Part shown: in pieces, positions 48,188 to 57,456 of the stretch
Layout: each line of letters starts with the position of its first letter
Numbering within the stretch: position 1 is the stretch's first letter
Origin: Myxococcota bacterium
Lineage (GTDB): Bacteria; Myxococcota_A; UBA9160; SZUA-336
Direction of reading: 5' to 3'
DNA length: 64,000 nt
NCBI GenBank assembly: GCA_965247115.1
Contig: CBDFGR010000003.1
Location: 288,001-352,000 of the forward strand
Notes under the pieces: generated by a model
What the model was told of the DNA's origin: nothing
Seen by the model: the letters and a program-made list of their open reading frames with translations, nothing else
Database searches by the model: none
Program-made: the position numbers and the translations under genes

Positions 48188-48520
48188 TCACAGCGGCTTC
48201 CTCGAGCGTCTGGGACGCCTCCTCTCAGTGAAGTAGCGCTGACGCTCTTCGTCTGGGAGGACGCTGAGTGCCTTCTTGAGAAGGGTTCGCACTTCGTCAA
48301 GGAATGCGTAGCTAGGGTTCCAGGTGAAGATCCTTGTGTTGCCCTTCATGAGGCTGACAAGCACTCCGGCGCGCTCGAACCGCTCAAGTTGCCTCTGGAC
48401 CATGCTCACTGAGACTCCATCAAATTTCTCGGCGATCCCGTTTGCGTAACCCTCCCCATACTGCTCCAGATAGAGCAGTACCTTCTCGGCGGTAGGATTC
48501 CCGAAAAGTCCTTCAAGCAC
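48188..48520 (-). CDS. Winged-HTH protein (putative antitoxin/regulator)
   Basis: LFGNPTAEKVLLYL..SMVQRQLERFERAGVL; overlaps the nucleotidyltransferase start (GTGA). Confidence 0.8.
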   Translation of the reverse strand: MLEGLFGNPTAEKVLLYLEQYGEGYANGIAEKFDGVSVSMVQRQLERFERAGVLVSLMKGNTRIFTWNPSYAFLDEVRTLLKKALSVLPDEERQRYFTERRRPRRSRKPL

Positions 48521-48547
48521 TGTTGTTTACGCTTCAGAAGTTCCTGT

Positions 48548-48610
48548 TTAACCTGATTAGTAGGTCAATTAACCTAGTTACTAGGTTAAACGGCCTGGAT
48601 TCCAGGTTAA
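48548..48610. promoter_or_regulatory. Three abutting 21-bp palindromic boxes (TTAACCT-N7-AGGTTAA)
   Basis: TTAACCTGATTAGTAGGTCAA / TTAACCTAGTTACTAGGTTAA / ACGGCCTGGATTCCAGGTTAA, directly upstream of the wHTH gene. Confidence 0.75.
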
Positions 48611-48656
48611 CCCTCTAGCAAGGGCTCTGCCACCGGACCAGCAAGAAGTCGGTCAG

Positions 48657-49130
48657 CTATTTGCCTTCGACCTCGACGATGTCGGGCCGTAGGCTGGCGA
48701 TGATGGCCATGAGCTCGTTGTATTCCTTTTCCGGAACACTGAACTTGTTCAACGTGTCGACCAGGTGCTGGGCGACGATGTCGAACTCACTTGCCTTGAT
48801 GCCGAGCCCGCGGTGAGTAGTGGCCGCCGAACGACTGATGACCTTGCAGGGCCCACCGGTCACGTTACAGATCAAGTTCTTGTTCTTCTGGCGAAACCCC
48901 TCGCGCGAGTCGTCACTCATACCGAAGAAGCGAGCGCCGACAACTGGGTCCTCGAACAGCTTTCCGGCGAAGTCGTCCACGACTGCCGAGACGGCGTCGT
49001 ATCCCCCAAGGCGTTCATACAGAGTCTTGTCCTGGGCAGCGCTAGTCCAGGCAGTGAAAACACCCAGCGCAAAAAACGTGGCAACAACGGCACTTGTCAG
49101 GTTGCGATTGCGTCCAAGTCGCGAGCTCAT
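48657..49130 (-). CDS. Group I truncated hemoglobin with signal peptide
   Basis: TLYERLGG..VVDDF, TGGP and proximal His (TTHRGL). Confidence 0.88.
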   Translation of the reverse strand: MSSRLGRNRNLTSAVVATFFALGVFTAWTSAAQDKTLYERLGGYDAVSAVVDDFAGKLFEDPVVGARFFGMSDDSREGFRQKNKNLICNVTGGPCKVISRSAATTHRGLGIKASEFDIVAQHLVDTLNKFSVPEKEYNELMAIIASLRPDIVEVEGK

Positions 49131-49208
49131 CGTCGATTTCTCCTTCGATTGGGTTGGCTAGAGGAGCCTTCTTCGTTCGTCTCCCTTCGGGTCTGATGCC
49201 TTAGGCTT

Positions 49209-49622
49209 CTACTCGTTACTGACCCCGCGCTTGCGCAGCGTCAGGATGTTCCTGGCGGCGCGGCGGCGGTGATCGAGCTCGTCCACGAAGCCGCGCACCA
49301 GGTGGAACCCCATCCGGCCAATCGGTCGGTCGAGGATTGGCGCGTCCGCATCCGGACTCCGCACGCTCCCGGGATCGAAGGAGCGATCGTCGTCCTCGAT
49401 CTGGATGGTGAGCCGATTCTCGTCGAGCTCGATCCGAACGAGGATCTCGTGCAGGTCGTCGTCATAGCCGTGTCGGATGAGGTTCGTGACGATCTCTTCC
49501 AGCACCAGCTGAAGCACGCGCGGGTCCCGTTCGCCCAGGTCGTGGTCCTGAACGAATGCGTCGACGGCGCGCTGGACCGGGGCCAGCTCCTCCACACGGT
49601 TGCGCAGGCGGATCGCGACCAC
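49209..49622 (-). CDS. RsbW-like HATPase, degenerate paralog
   Basis: LEEIVTNLIRHGY is present but the G boxes are altered (EDDDRSFDP, IGRMGFHLV). The start is uncertain. Confidence 0.7.
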   Translation of the reverse strand: MVAIRLRNRVEELAPVQRAVDAFVQDHDLGERDPRVLQLVLEEIVTNLIRHGYDDDLHEILVRIELDENRLTIQIEDDDRSFDPGSVRSPDADAPILDRPIGRMGFHLVRGFVDELDHRRRAARNILTLRKRGVSNE

Positions 49623-49916
49623 GTCAGCGTTCCCTAGGCAGGATCCGTGCGGTAGCCAACCCTGAAGGAACCGCGCAGTGCATCCGACTCGCTGATCCCG
49701 ACCAAGCGCTGGACTCTGCGCTTGATCTACAACTATGAGTCGGTCCGGAAACTCGGCAGACCGAATTTGACGCACGATTATTGACCGAGCGTATACTTCC
49801 CCTGAGGCGCGCGTGTCACGGATCGTCGATCGGTGGCGGTTCAGCACGCCACCCACGGAGAGGATCCATCGACTGAAGCTCGTACTGAAAAGGCGGTCCA
49901 AATTGGTAGGAAATCC

Positions 49917-49958
49917 GATTCTGGAGACACTTCATGAGATTCTGGAGACACTTCATGA
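49917..49958 (+). repeat. Perfect 21-bp tandem duplication covering the RBS and ATG
   Basis: gattctggagacacttcatga occurs twice. Confidence 0.9.
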
Positions 49959-50437
49959 AGCTGTTTAGCCTGCTGGTTCTTGTATTGGCCCTGTTCGTCG
50001 GGCAGGCCGCAGTCGCGCAGAGACTCGGGGCAGCACCGCTCGACCTGACCGGTAACTGGGAGGGGCAGGCGGTCTGCGACGAGCTGATCGACGGCGAGTA
50101 CACCCTTCACGTCTTCCCCGACCCGCTGGAGATCACCCAATTGGGAGACCGTGTCCGCGTCAGCGGTTTCGGCATCCTCTATGAAGGGACGATCCAGCAC
50201 CTCAAGGGCGGACCCAACGATGGTGAGGCGATGATCCACGCCTGCGGTGGCATCTCCGAGAACGAGGTGGTCCGAATCCAGCACATTGTGACCAAGCGGA
50301 ACGGCGAGGGACGGCTGGACGCGAACAGCCACTACGAGAGCGATTCTTTCTTCCCAGGCTCGCGGACCTACGGAACCTGCAAGTGGAACTACACTCGGGT
50401 CTCCCGCAAGGACCCCAAGGTGCCGGCCTGCGATTGA
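49955..50437 (+). CDS. Secreted hypothetical beta-rich protein
   Basis: Signal peptide, DLTGNWEG and four Cys residues. Confidence 0.7.
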   Translation: MKLFSLLVLVLALFVGQAAVAQRLGAAPLDLTGNWEGQAVCDELIDGEYTLHVFPDPLEITQLGDRVRVSGFGILYEGTIQHLKGGPNDGEAMIHACGGISENEVVRIQHIVTKRNGEGRLDANSHYESDSFFPGSRTYGTCKWNYTRVSRKDPKVPACD

Positions 50438-50695
50438 CTCGTTCGCCCAGCCCCGGCATCCCCATCGGGCCGGTGCTGGTCCTCGATCGACGGGCAACCC
50501 TCTACTCGACTCTGTCGCCCTGCGACAAGCAACGCTGTTTTCGCGGCAATTCTCGCCTCACTGCTGCTTGGCGCGCCGATCTACGCGGCGGGAGCCATGT
50601 TTCAGAACCCTCATCTGAGTGTTGCCGGTAGCCTGCTTGTCGTGCTGATTGGCTTCGGAGTGTGCGTGGGGTGGTCGAAGAGATAGGCCGGATCG

Positions 50696-51007
50696 ATGCG
50701 TCGTGAGGGGATCTACCGCGGGCTGTTCCTCGCGAGCGCGCTGGCGGCCCTCGTGGGCCTGCTTGGGGTGCAGGTGCCCGACCCCGCTCTCATCGGGATC
50801 ACCGAGGAGCCGTCCCGGATCCTGTTTTATGCGCTTTCCGCGCTGCTGCTGTTGCTTGCGGGTTTGACAGCGTTCTTCAGCGGGTCGCTCTGGTGGCTGG
50901 AGCGTCGGCGCTCGGGCGCGAGCGCAACCCGAGCCGTGCTAGTCCTCGCTAGTGCCGTTTGCCTGGCCGTCGTGCTCTCGCTGCTGAACCGCCTGCTCTG
51001 GACCTAG
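50696..51007 (+). CDS. Small membrane protein
   Basis: Three hydrophobic segments. Confidence 0.5.
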   Translation: MRREGIYRGLFLASALAALVGLLGVQVPDPALIGITEEPSRILFYALSALLLLLAGLTAFFSGSLWWLERRRSGASATRAVLVLASAVCLAVVLSLLNRLLWT

Positions 51008-51095
51008 TTCGAGTCGACAGGTCGCGCAATCGGTGGTAGTTCTGGTTCTAGCGGTTCTATACCGTCACTTTCCGAAGAGCAGTGGAAACTACGCG

Positions 51096-51644
51096 GTGTG
51101 TCCTGGACTCGGCGATTACCTCATAGCCCAAGCCAGAAACAACCACTGGAGCAATCATCGCCTGCATTCGGCATGTTTGCGTCTGCCTGCCCCGGAGTAC
51201 TACGCGAACCGCCCGAGCTTTTTCGGCTCCATACACATCCACCTTGATCACATCGTCTTCGTAGATTGGCTCTACTTAGAGCGCTTAACTGGAGAGCAGT
51301 ACCTGCCCGCCGACGTTGGGGACGAATTGCACAGCGAACTCGCGCCACTAGTGGAGGATCAGGTGACAGCCGATAGAGCGCTGATCGAGTACTGCGAAGC
51401 CGCGACGCCCGAAACCCTTGCCTCAATGGTGTCGTTCAAGCTTTTGGACGGTACACAGTACACGGAGGCTGTCTGGAGCGTGCTTGCGCATCTGTTCACG
51501 CACCAGGTTCATCATCGTGGTCAGGTGCACGATATGCTCTCGGCAACGTCAGTGGCGCCGCCGCAGCTTGACGAGTTTTTCCTCAGCTCCGATTTACCGC
51601 TTCGTGAGGCTGAGTTAAAGGCACCGAACCTGCCCATTGAGTAA
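51096..51644 (+). CDS. DinB family protein
   Basis: SFFGSI...LDHI and HLFTHQVHHRGQVH motifs. The start is approximate. Confidence 0.88.
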   Translation: MCPGLGDYLIAQARNNHWSNHRLHSACLRLPAPEYYANRPSFFGSIHIHLDHIVFVDWLYLERLTGEQYLPADVGDELHSELAPLVEDQVTADRALIEYCEAATPETLASMVSFKLLDGTQYTEAVWSVLAHLFTHQVHHRGQVHDMLSATSVAPPQLDEFFLSSDLPLREAELKAPNLPIE

Positions 51645-51753
51645 GGAGAACTGCTTCTTCGCTTCTCGAAGCAGATCGGCCTCGGCTCGCTTCCCCACCG
51701 GGCTCACGGCTCGCCCTACAGACGCCACCCCCCCATGATGCCTATCCTTCAGG

Positions 51754-52593
51754 CTAGTCCAGATCGCTCGCCGCGTGGCGCTCGGGTACGCGTTCTTCTT
51801 CCGGTCCCCAGGGCTTGTTGACGCGCCGGCCGCGTTGCACCGCGGGGCGTTTCTGAATCTCCGAAGCTCAGCGGACGACGTTCGTGTACGACTTCGCGTC
51901 AAGGAACACCTCGCCGTCGTAGCTGTTGTTCAACACCACGCCGCCGTACCAGGGATAGGTGGCCATGTCGGCGATCGTGTACTCGTCGCCGCCGAGATAT
52001 CTCCGCTCGGCAAGGTTCCGGTCCAGCACGTCGAGCTGGCGTTTCACTTCCATGGCGTAGCGATTGATTGGATATTCGAACTTCTCGGGTGCGTAGGCAT
52101 AGAAGTGGCCGAAGCCTCCGCCCAGATACGGGGCACTGCCCATCTGCCAAAACAGCCAAGACATGCATTCAGCCCGAGGAGCAGGAGCTTTGGGAAGAAA
52201 CGCATCGAACTTCTCAGCCAGGTAGACCAGGATCGCTCCAGATTCAAAGACCCTGGTCGGCGGCGATGTGCTGTGGTCGACCAGCGCCGGGATCTTCGAG
52301 TTTGGATTGGCCGCGACAAAGCCACTTCCGAACTGATCGCCGTCTATGTTGATGAGGTAGGCATCGTACTCCGCGTCCTGCTTGCCGAGAGCCAGCAGTT
52401 CTTCCAGGAGCACCGTCACCTTCACGCCGTTGGGTGTCGCGAGCGAATAGAGCTGGAGAGCGTGCTCTCCGACCGGCAGCTCCTTCTCATGCGTAGCTCC
52501 CGCGATCGGACGATTGATCTTTGCAAAACGCCCACCGCTTTCAGAGTCCCATTTCCAGACCTTCGGTGGCGTGTACGAAGCTGAGTCAGCCAA
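51754..52593 (-). pseudogene. yghU: Glutathione-dependent disulfide oxidoreductase with internal TGA at 51868-51870
   Basis: YTPPKVW, LYSLATPNG and NPNSKIP motifs; homology continues past the stop (R*ASEIQKRPAVQRGRRVN...ERHAASD). Confidence 0.85.
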
Positions 52594-52619
52594 AGTGAGC
52601 CCTTTCAAGTGTAGAGGCG

Positions 52620-53384
52620 TCAGTGATTCCACCACGGGCGGTCCGAGAACGACCGCAGATCGATCTCGTGGGTCCAGGCGGAGCGATGCTGTTGCGACAG
52701 ATGGAAGTAGGTATCTGCGATTTCGGCAGGGAGGAGCAGTCCGTCGTGCTCCAGGCCGCGTGACTCTCGGAGCTGCTGGAATCGCTCTGGGCCCAGCATT
52801 TTCCCGAGCGTGTCGGGGGCGTCGACCGCCCCATCGATGAGGATGTGAGCGACATGGATGCCCTTGGGTGCGAACTCCGCGTTGAGAGACTGGCAGAGCA
52901 TGCGTCGCCCGCCCATGGCTGCCGCGTGGGAGTGCTGCCCGGCGTTGCCTCGCATGGCGGCCGTGGCGGAAGTCACCAGGATCGTGCCCTTGCCGCGTTC
53001 TTCCATCAGCGGGCAAACGGTCGACGCCACGCGAAAGAGCGCAAAGGTCGCGAGCCGCCAGCCCAGTTCGAACGCCTTGTAGCTGGTGTCGGCAAGGGCC
53101 CTGTCTCCGATCTGGGCGCCCAGGTTGAAGATGACGACCTCGATCGGGCCGGTGCTTGCCTCGACGGCGGCAACTCGCTCTTCGATCGTGTCGGCGTCGG
53201 CGGCGTTGAACAAGAAGCCCGACGCGGATCCGCCTTCGCCTTCAATAGTCTCCACCATTTTTCTGAGACCGGTATCGTCGGAGCGTCGACACAGGACGGC
53301 GTGATAGCCTTCCCGGGCGAAGCGCTTTCCGACGGTGCCGCCGATGCCGGCACCCGCGCCGATGACCAAACAGACAGGTTTCAT
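52620..53384 (-). CDS. Atypical SDR family oxidoreductase
   Basis: GAGAGIG, GIHVAHILIDG and SAWTHEIDLR motifs. Confidence 0.88.
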   Translation of the reverse strand: MKPVCLVIGAGAGIGGTVGKRFAREGYHAVLCRRSDDTGLRKMVETIEGEGGSASGFLFNAADADTIEERVAAVEASTGPIEVVIFNLGAQIGDRALADTSYKAFELGWRLATFALFRVASTVCPLMEERGKGTILVTSATAAMRGNAGQHSHAAAMGGRRMLCQSLNAEFAPKGIHVAHILIDGAVDAPDTLGKMLGPERFQQLRESRGLEHDGLLLPAEIADTYFHLSQQHRSAWTHEIDLRSFSDRPWWNH

Positions 53385-53402
53385 GCCTCAAGGACTCCTT
53401 GT

Positions 53403-54155
53403 TCAGCGGGAGAAGTTGGGGGGCCGCTTTTCCCGAAACGCCGCGATGGCCTCGACGTTGTCGGGCGCGCCCATGAGCTCGTCGAAGACTTTGTTCTCCG
53501 CGTCGATCGCTGCCCAGATCTGCTCGCGACGCGGCGCCATCAAGAGCTGCTTGGTGTGAGTCAGAGCTGCCAGTGGCATCGCCGCGATGGTCTGCGCACG
53601 CTGCATGACGCCGTCGAGTAGCTGCTCGTCCGGAAGAACGTCGAGCACCAGCCCCGCCTCTTTACAGGCTCGAGCGTCCATCCAATCCGACGAGTAGAGC
53701 ATCCAACTTGCAGCCTGGTGGCCTAGCAGGCGGGGGAACGTGACCGTGCTCCCGGCCTCTCCGACGAGGCCGAGTGAGGTAAAGGGACAGCGCAGGCGCG
53801 CGCTCTCCGCCATGAAGGTCATGTCGGCCAGGCCGCAGATGGTGGCACCGAAGCCGACGCCGAGGCCATTGATCGCCAGCAGAAGCGGCTTGGGAAACTC
53901 GATCAGCGCCCTGAAGAGGCCGGCACCGCCGTGCTTGGGCGGCGCCATCGGCACCCCGACTTCGGTCAGATCCAGACCGGCGGAGAACGCGCGCCCTGCG
54001 CCCGTCAGCACGACGACCCGGGTCGTGTCATCGCCGCCCGCAGCCAGGAGCTCCTCGGTCAGGGCATCGAAGAGCGCGCCGTTGAATGCATTCAGGGCCT
54101 TGGGCCGATCCAGCGTCAAGGTACGTACAAAGCCCTTGTTGCGCGTCTGCAGCAT
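53403..54155 (-). CDS. Enoyl-CoA hydratase/isomerase family protein
   Basis: GRAFSAGLDL, FPKPL.AING and AFREKRPP motifs. Confidence 0.93.
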   Translation of the reverse strand: MLQTRNKGFVRTLTLDRPKALNAFNGALFDALTEELLAAGGDDTTRVVVLTGAGRAFSAGLDLTEVGVPMAPPKHGGAGLFRALIEFPKPLLLAINGLGVGFGATICGLADMTFMAESARLRCPFTSLGLVGEAGSTVTFPRLLGHQAASWMLYSSDWMDARACKEAGLVLDVLPDEQLLDGVMQRAQTIAAMPLAALTHTKQLLMAPRREQIWAAIDAENKVFDELMGAPDNVEAIAAFREKRPPNFSR

Positions 54156-54308
54156 GGGTTTCTCCTCCAGGTCGAAGCCCCTCAGGCCTGCTCGGGTTCG
54201 GCGGTCGGGACGTTCTGGAATCGTATGCTATTAGCGCGGTCGCTTGCAGCGCGACGGCGGTTGTCCGCACGTCGGACGCTGCGCCTCTTCCCGGCGATAC
54301 AATGCCGT

Positions 54309-56099
54309 ATGTCGAAGCAACGAGGGAAGCTTCTAACGGGCCTGCTCCTGGCCGCGGTCGTGGCGGTCGCGCCGCCACCCGCCCGGGGCGACGGCGAAGC
54401 CGCGTTGCACGATGCCGCGGGCGACGACGCCAACTGGCTCACGTATGGACACGGCTACGCCAACCACAGGTACTCGGGGCTGGACGAGATTCGTCGGGAG
54501 AATGTCTCCGCACTCGTGCCCAAGTGGATCTACCAGACCGGGCTGACCGGCACGTTCCAGACCAGCCCGATCGTCCTCAACGGCCGGGTCTACCTGTCCA
54601 CCCCCGGCAACCACGTGGTGGCCCTGGACGGTGCCACGGGCGAGATGGTCTGGAAGTACTCGCACGAGATGCAGACGGAGAAGCCCTGCTGCGGCACCCA
54701 CAACCGTGGGCTTGCCATTGGCTACGGGCGGCTCTACCAGATCACCGCCGATGCCCGCCTGATCGCCCTGGACCGCAAGTCTGGCGCTCCGGTCTGGGAC
54801 CGGCCGGTGCTCGACCCGGCCACGGGTGACCCGGATGCCCCGGAGCAGGTGCGAAACATGGAGGCCCTGCCGCCGGAGGAGGTGGCTGGCTGGACCCGTT
54901 TCATGGGCAACATGGCCCCGCTGGTCCACGATGGGCTGGTGATTGTGGGCACCACGGGCACGGGCTACTCCGTCGTACTGGACGAAGCGGAGACCGACGG
55001 TGCTGGCGTGCTGGGCCGGCCCGGCACCCGGCGCGGGCTGCGTGCCTTCATCTCCGCCTATGAGGCGGATTCGGGGCGCCTGCGCTGGCGCTGGTACGCC
55101 ACCAAGGCCGATGGGTGGGAAGGGGAGTTCGTGACGGAGACCTCCCAGGGCGACCCTATGGAGCGGGACCTGGCCGCGGAGCGGGCGGCCGCCGAGGGCC
55201 ACCGGGATTCCTGGAAGGGCGGAGGCGGCTCCATCTATTCCTCGCCTTCTCTCGATCCGGAGTTGGGCCTGCTTTACTTCGGCACCGGCAACGCCTCCCC
55301 GTATGCAGACCTGTATCGCCCTGGCGACAATCTCTATACCGCCTCGCTGATCGCGCTGGACGTGAAGACCGGGGAATTGCGCTGGTATCACCAGGTCACG
55401 CCCCACGACATCTGGGGCTACGATCTGGCCACGCCGCCAGTACTGATTGACGTGCCCACGGATGCCGGCTCGGTCAAAGGGCTAGCCCAGGCCACCAAGT
55501 CCGGTTGGGTTTACTTCTTCGACCGCGCCACCGGCGAGGTGATTCGCCGTTCGGAGCCCTTCGTGCCGCAGACCAACCTTTTCCGCCGGGCGAAGGACAG
55601 CCAGGGCATCGTGGTGGCCCCGGGGGGCGTCGGTGGTGCCAATTGGCCGCCGGCCTCCTTCAGTCCCGAGACTGGCTGGGTCTACGTGACCGGGAGTCAT
55701 TCCCCCAGCAAGTACACCCTGGAGCCCGACGACAAGGGCAACCCGGTGAACATGCTCGGCGTCGCGGAGGGCGTCGAGACCTACGGCAGTCTCACGGCTA
55801 TCGACCCTGCTACCGGCAACATCGTCTGGCAGGAGCGCATGGAGCGACCCTTCAGCGGCGGCGTGTTGACCACGGCGGGGGGCCTGGCCTTCGCCGGCGA
55901 ATCCGGCGGGCATTTCACTGCCCGAGATACCAGGGACGGCAAGCTGCTCTGGCGCTTCCAGACGGGCGCGGGCGTGAACGCACCGCCCGTGGTGTACGAA
56001 GCCGGCGGCCGGCAATTCGTGGTGGTCGCCGCAGGTGGCCACCGCCTTTTCCGCACGCCCCCGGGGAACGCCGTGATTTCCTTCGGGCTGGCGGAGTAG
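54309..56099 (+). CDS. PQQ-binding beta-propeller dehydrogenase-like protein
   Basis: Signal peptide, RYSGLDEI, vicinal CC (PCCG.HNRG), GTGN, PGDNLY and Trp docking repeats. Confidence 0.88.
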   Translation: MSKQRGKLLTGLLLAAVVAVAPPPARGDGEAALHDAAGDDANWLTYGHGYANHRYSGLDEIRRENVSALVPKWIYQTGLTGTFQTSPIVLNGRVYLSTPGNHVVALDGATGEMVWKYSHEMQTEKPCCGTHNRGLAIGYGRLYQITADARLIALDRKSGAPVWDRPVLDPATGDPDAPEQVRNMEALPPEEVAGWTRFMGNMAPLVHDGLVIVGTTGTGYSVVLDEAETDGAGVLGRPGTRRGLRAFISAYEADSGRLRWRWYATKADGWEGEFVTETSQGDPMERDLAAERAAAEGHRDSWKGGGGSIYSSPSLDPELGLLYFGTGNASPYADLYRPGDNLYTASLIALDVKTGELRWYHQVTPHDIWGYDLATPPVLIDVPTDAGSVKGLAQATKSGWVYFFDRATGEVIRRSEPFVPQTNLFRRAKDSQGIVVAPGGVGGANWPPASFSPETGWVYVTGSHSPSKYTLEPDDKGNPVNMLGVAEGVETYGSLTAIDPATGNIVWQERMERPFSGGVLTTAGGLAFAGESGGHFTARDTRDGKLLWRFQTGAGVNAPPVVYEAGGRQFVVVAAGGHRLFRTPPGNAVISFGLAE

Positions 56100-56164
56100 A
56101 GACGCTCCGAATCTGCAGGCGGGCGCGTCAGCGCTACCGCTACCGCCCCATCGGAAACCAGACG

Positions 56165-56635
56165 CTAGTCGTCGTCGTGAGGGTATAGACCGGCCGTGCG
56201 GATGGACCAGGCGCGCAGGATTTCACGGTCGGCCATGGAGAGTCGTGCCTCCGGGTGACCCAGGATATAGATCCAGGGCGGCATCTCTCCCTCATCGACC
56301 TCCTCCCAGCACTCATTGATCAGCTCCCCGCGCTCGTTGGTCTCGATCCGATTCCAGGCCGAAAAATTAAGCTCCTCCCGTCCGTCGTCCACGTCGTGCT
56401 TCAGCAGCCACGAGACGGGAGCCACGCGGCTATACCACGGCCAGACCGTCTCGTTCGAGTGGCAGTCGTAACAGGCCCTGCGCAGCACCAATCTAATGTC
56501 GTCCGGCACCGGCATCTCGGTCTCGACGGGCGGATTCGTCATCGACACGGGAACGAACTGGATCATGATCAGAGCGGCCAGCGCGACCCACGCAATACGC
56601 GGCAGCCATCTCCTGATCTGCAGCTTAAGATTCAA
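56165..56635 (-). CDS. Heme-binding domain protein (c-type)
   Basis: ACYDCHSNET.WPWYS, LNFS and MPP motifs. Confidence 0.88.
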   Translation of the reverse strand: MNLKLQIRRWLPRIAWVALAALIMIQFVPVSMTNPPVETEMPVPDDIRLVLRRACYDCHSNETVWPWYSRVAPVSWLLKHDVDDGREELNFSAWNRIETNERGELINECWEEVDEGEMPPWIYILGHPEARLSMADREILRAWSIRTAGLYPHDDD

Positions 56636-56673
56636 GGTCGTGCTTCCTTCAGACTCGACACGCGGATTTCAGT

Positions 56674-57456
56674 CTACTGCCCGCCACCCTCCACCGCGAA
56701 GATCACGACCGGCTGAGCGACGCCGCGCAGCTCTGCAGGGGGAAGCTCTCGGAGCACGAAGCGAGGATCGAGGGTCTCCCGGAGGTCGCGGGTCACCAGG
56801 ATGTCCGCGTCGTGCAGTCGGGTCAGGTCCTGAACGCGCGCCGCGACGTTGATCGTGCTGCCGACGAGGGCGTACTGGATCAGGTCCTTGCTCCCCACCA
56901 ACCCAGCAACACCGATTCCGCGGTGCAGGCCGATGCCCATCGCCAGCGGTGGGTGGCCGTCCTTCTCGAGCTCGCGGTTGTACGCCTCGAGCTCGGCTCG
57001 CATCGCCAGAGCGGCGTGGACCGCGTCGTCGCCCTGCCATGGATTCGGCTCGATGGCACCGAACATCGCGAGCAGGCCATCGCCGATCAGTGTAGAGAGG
57101 TACCCGCGGTGTTCCGTGATGGCGCGACTCATCCGTTCGAAGTAGCCGTTCAGGATCGTGACGAGGACGCTCGGGTCGACGCTCTCGCTGAGCGGGGTGT
57201 AGCCGACCAGGTCCGCGAAGAGGACGGAGACCTCCTTCTTCTCTCCGCTGGTGGAGACTCCGCTCGCGATGACTCGTTCGACGATCTGCTCGGGAGCGAA
57301 GCGGCCGAAGGCGCGCTGCAGGCGCTCCAGCTCTGCCGAGGCGCTCTCCACGCGGCTTCGCAGTGCCGACAGCTGCCGGGAGCGACGGCTCAGCAGGACG
57401 AGCAGCGCTGCGATGACGAGCGTCGCGCCCGCGAGCAGGACTGCGGGCGAGGGCAT
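56674..57456 (-). CDS. Class III nucleotide cyclase with single transmembrane helix and coiled coil
   Basis: VLFADLVGYT, IGDG, GIGLHRG and NVAAR motifs. Confidence 0.9.
   Translation of the reverse strand: MPSPAVLLAGATLVIAALLVLLSRRSRQLSALRSRVESASAELERLQRAFGRFAPEQIVERVIASGVSTSGEKKEVSVLFADLVGYTPLSESVDPSVLVTILNGYFERMSRAITEHRGYLSTLIGDGLLAMFGAIEPNPWQGDDAVHAALAMRAELEAYNRELEKDGHPPLAMGIGLHRGIGVAGLVGSKDLIQYALVGSTINVAARVQDLTRLHDADILVTRDLRETLDPRFVLRELPPAELRGVAQPVVIFAVEGGGQ

Larger units (their letters stand above)
46302..48191 (-). pseudogene. Pol-beta-superfamily nucleotidyltransferase interrupted by IS3 (parts 48191-48027 and 46682-46302)
   Basis: LSGGAAVSIY..YESDDLD motif; the two halves rejoin in frame (IHAG|LAKRVD). 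Confidence 0.75.

Noticed and set aside
48548..49958. Mini-CRISPR from the 21-bp repeats
   Set aside because: The units abut with no spacers, the two repeat sets are unrelated, and there are no cas genes.
51868..51870. UGA recoding (Trp or selenocysteine)
   Set aside because: TGA is used as a normal stop by many genes here, and the position is a Trp rather than a Cys in homologs.
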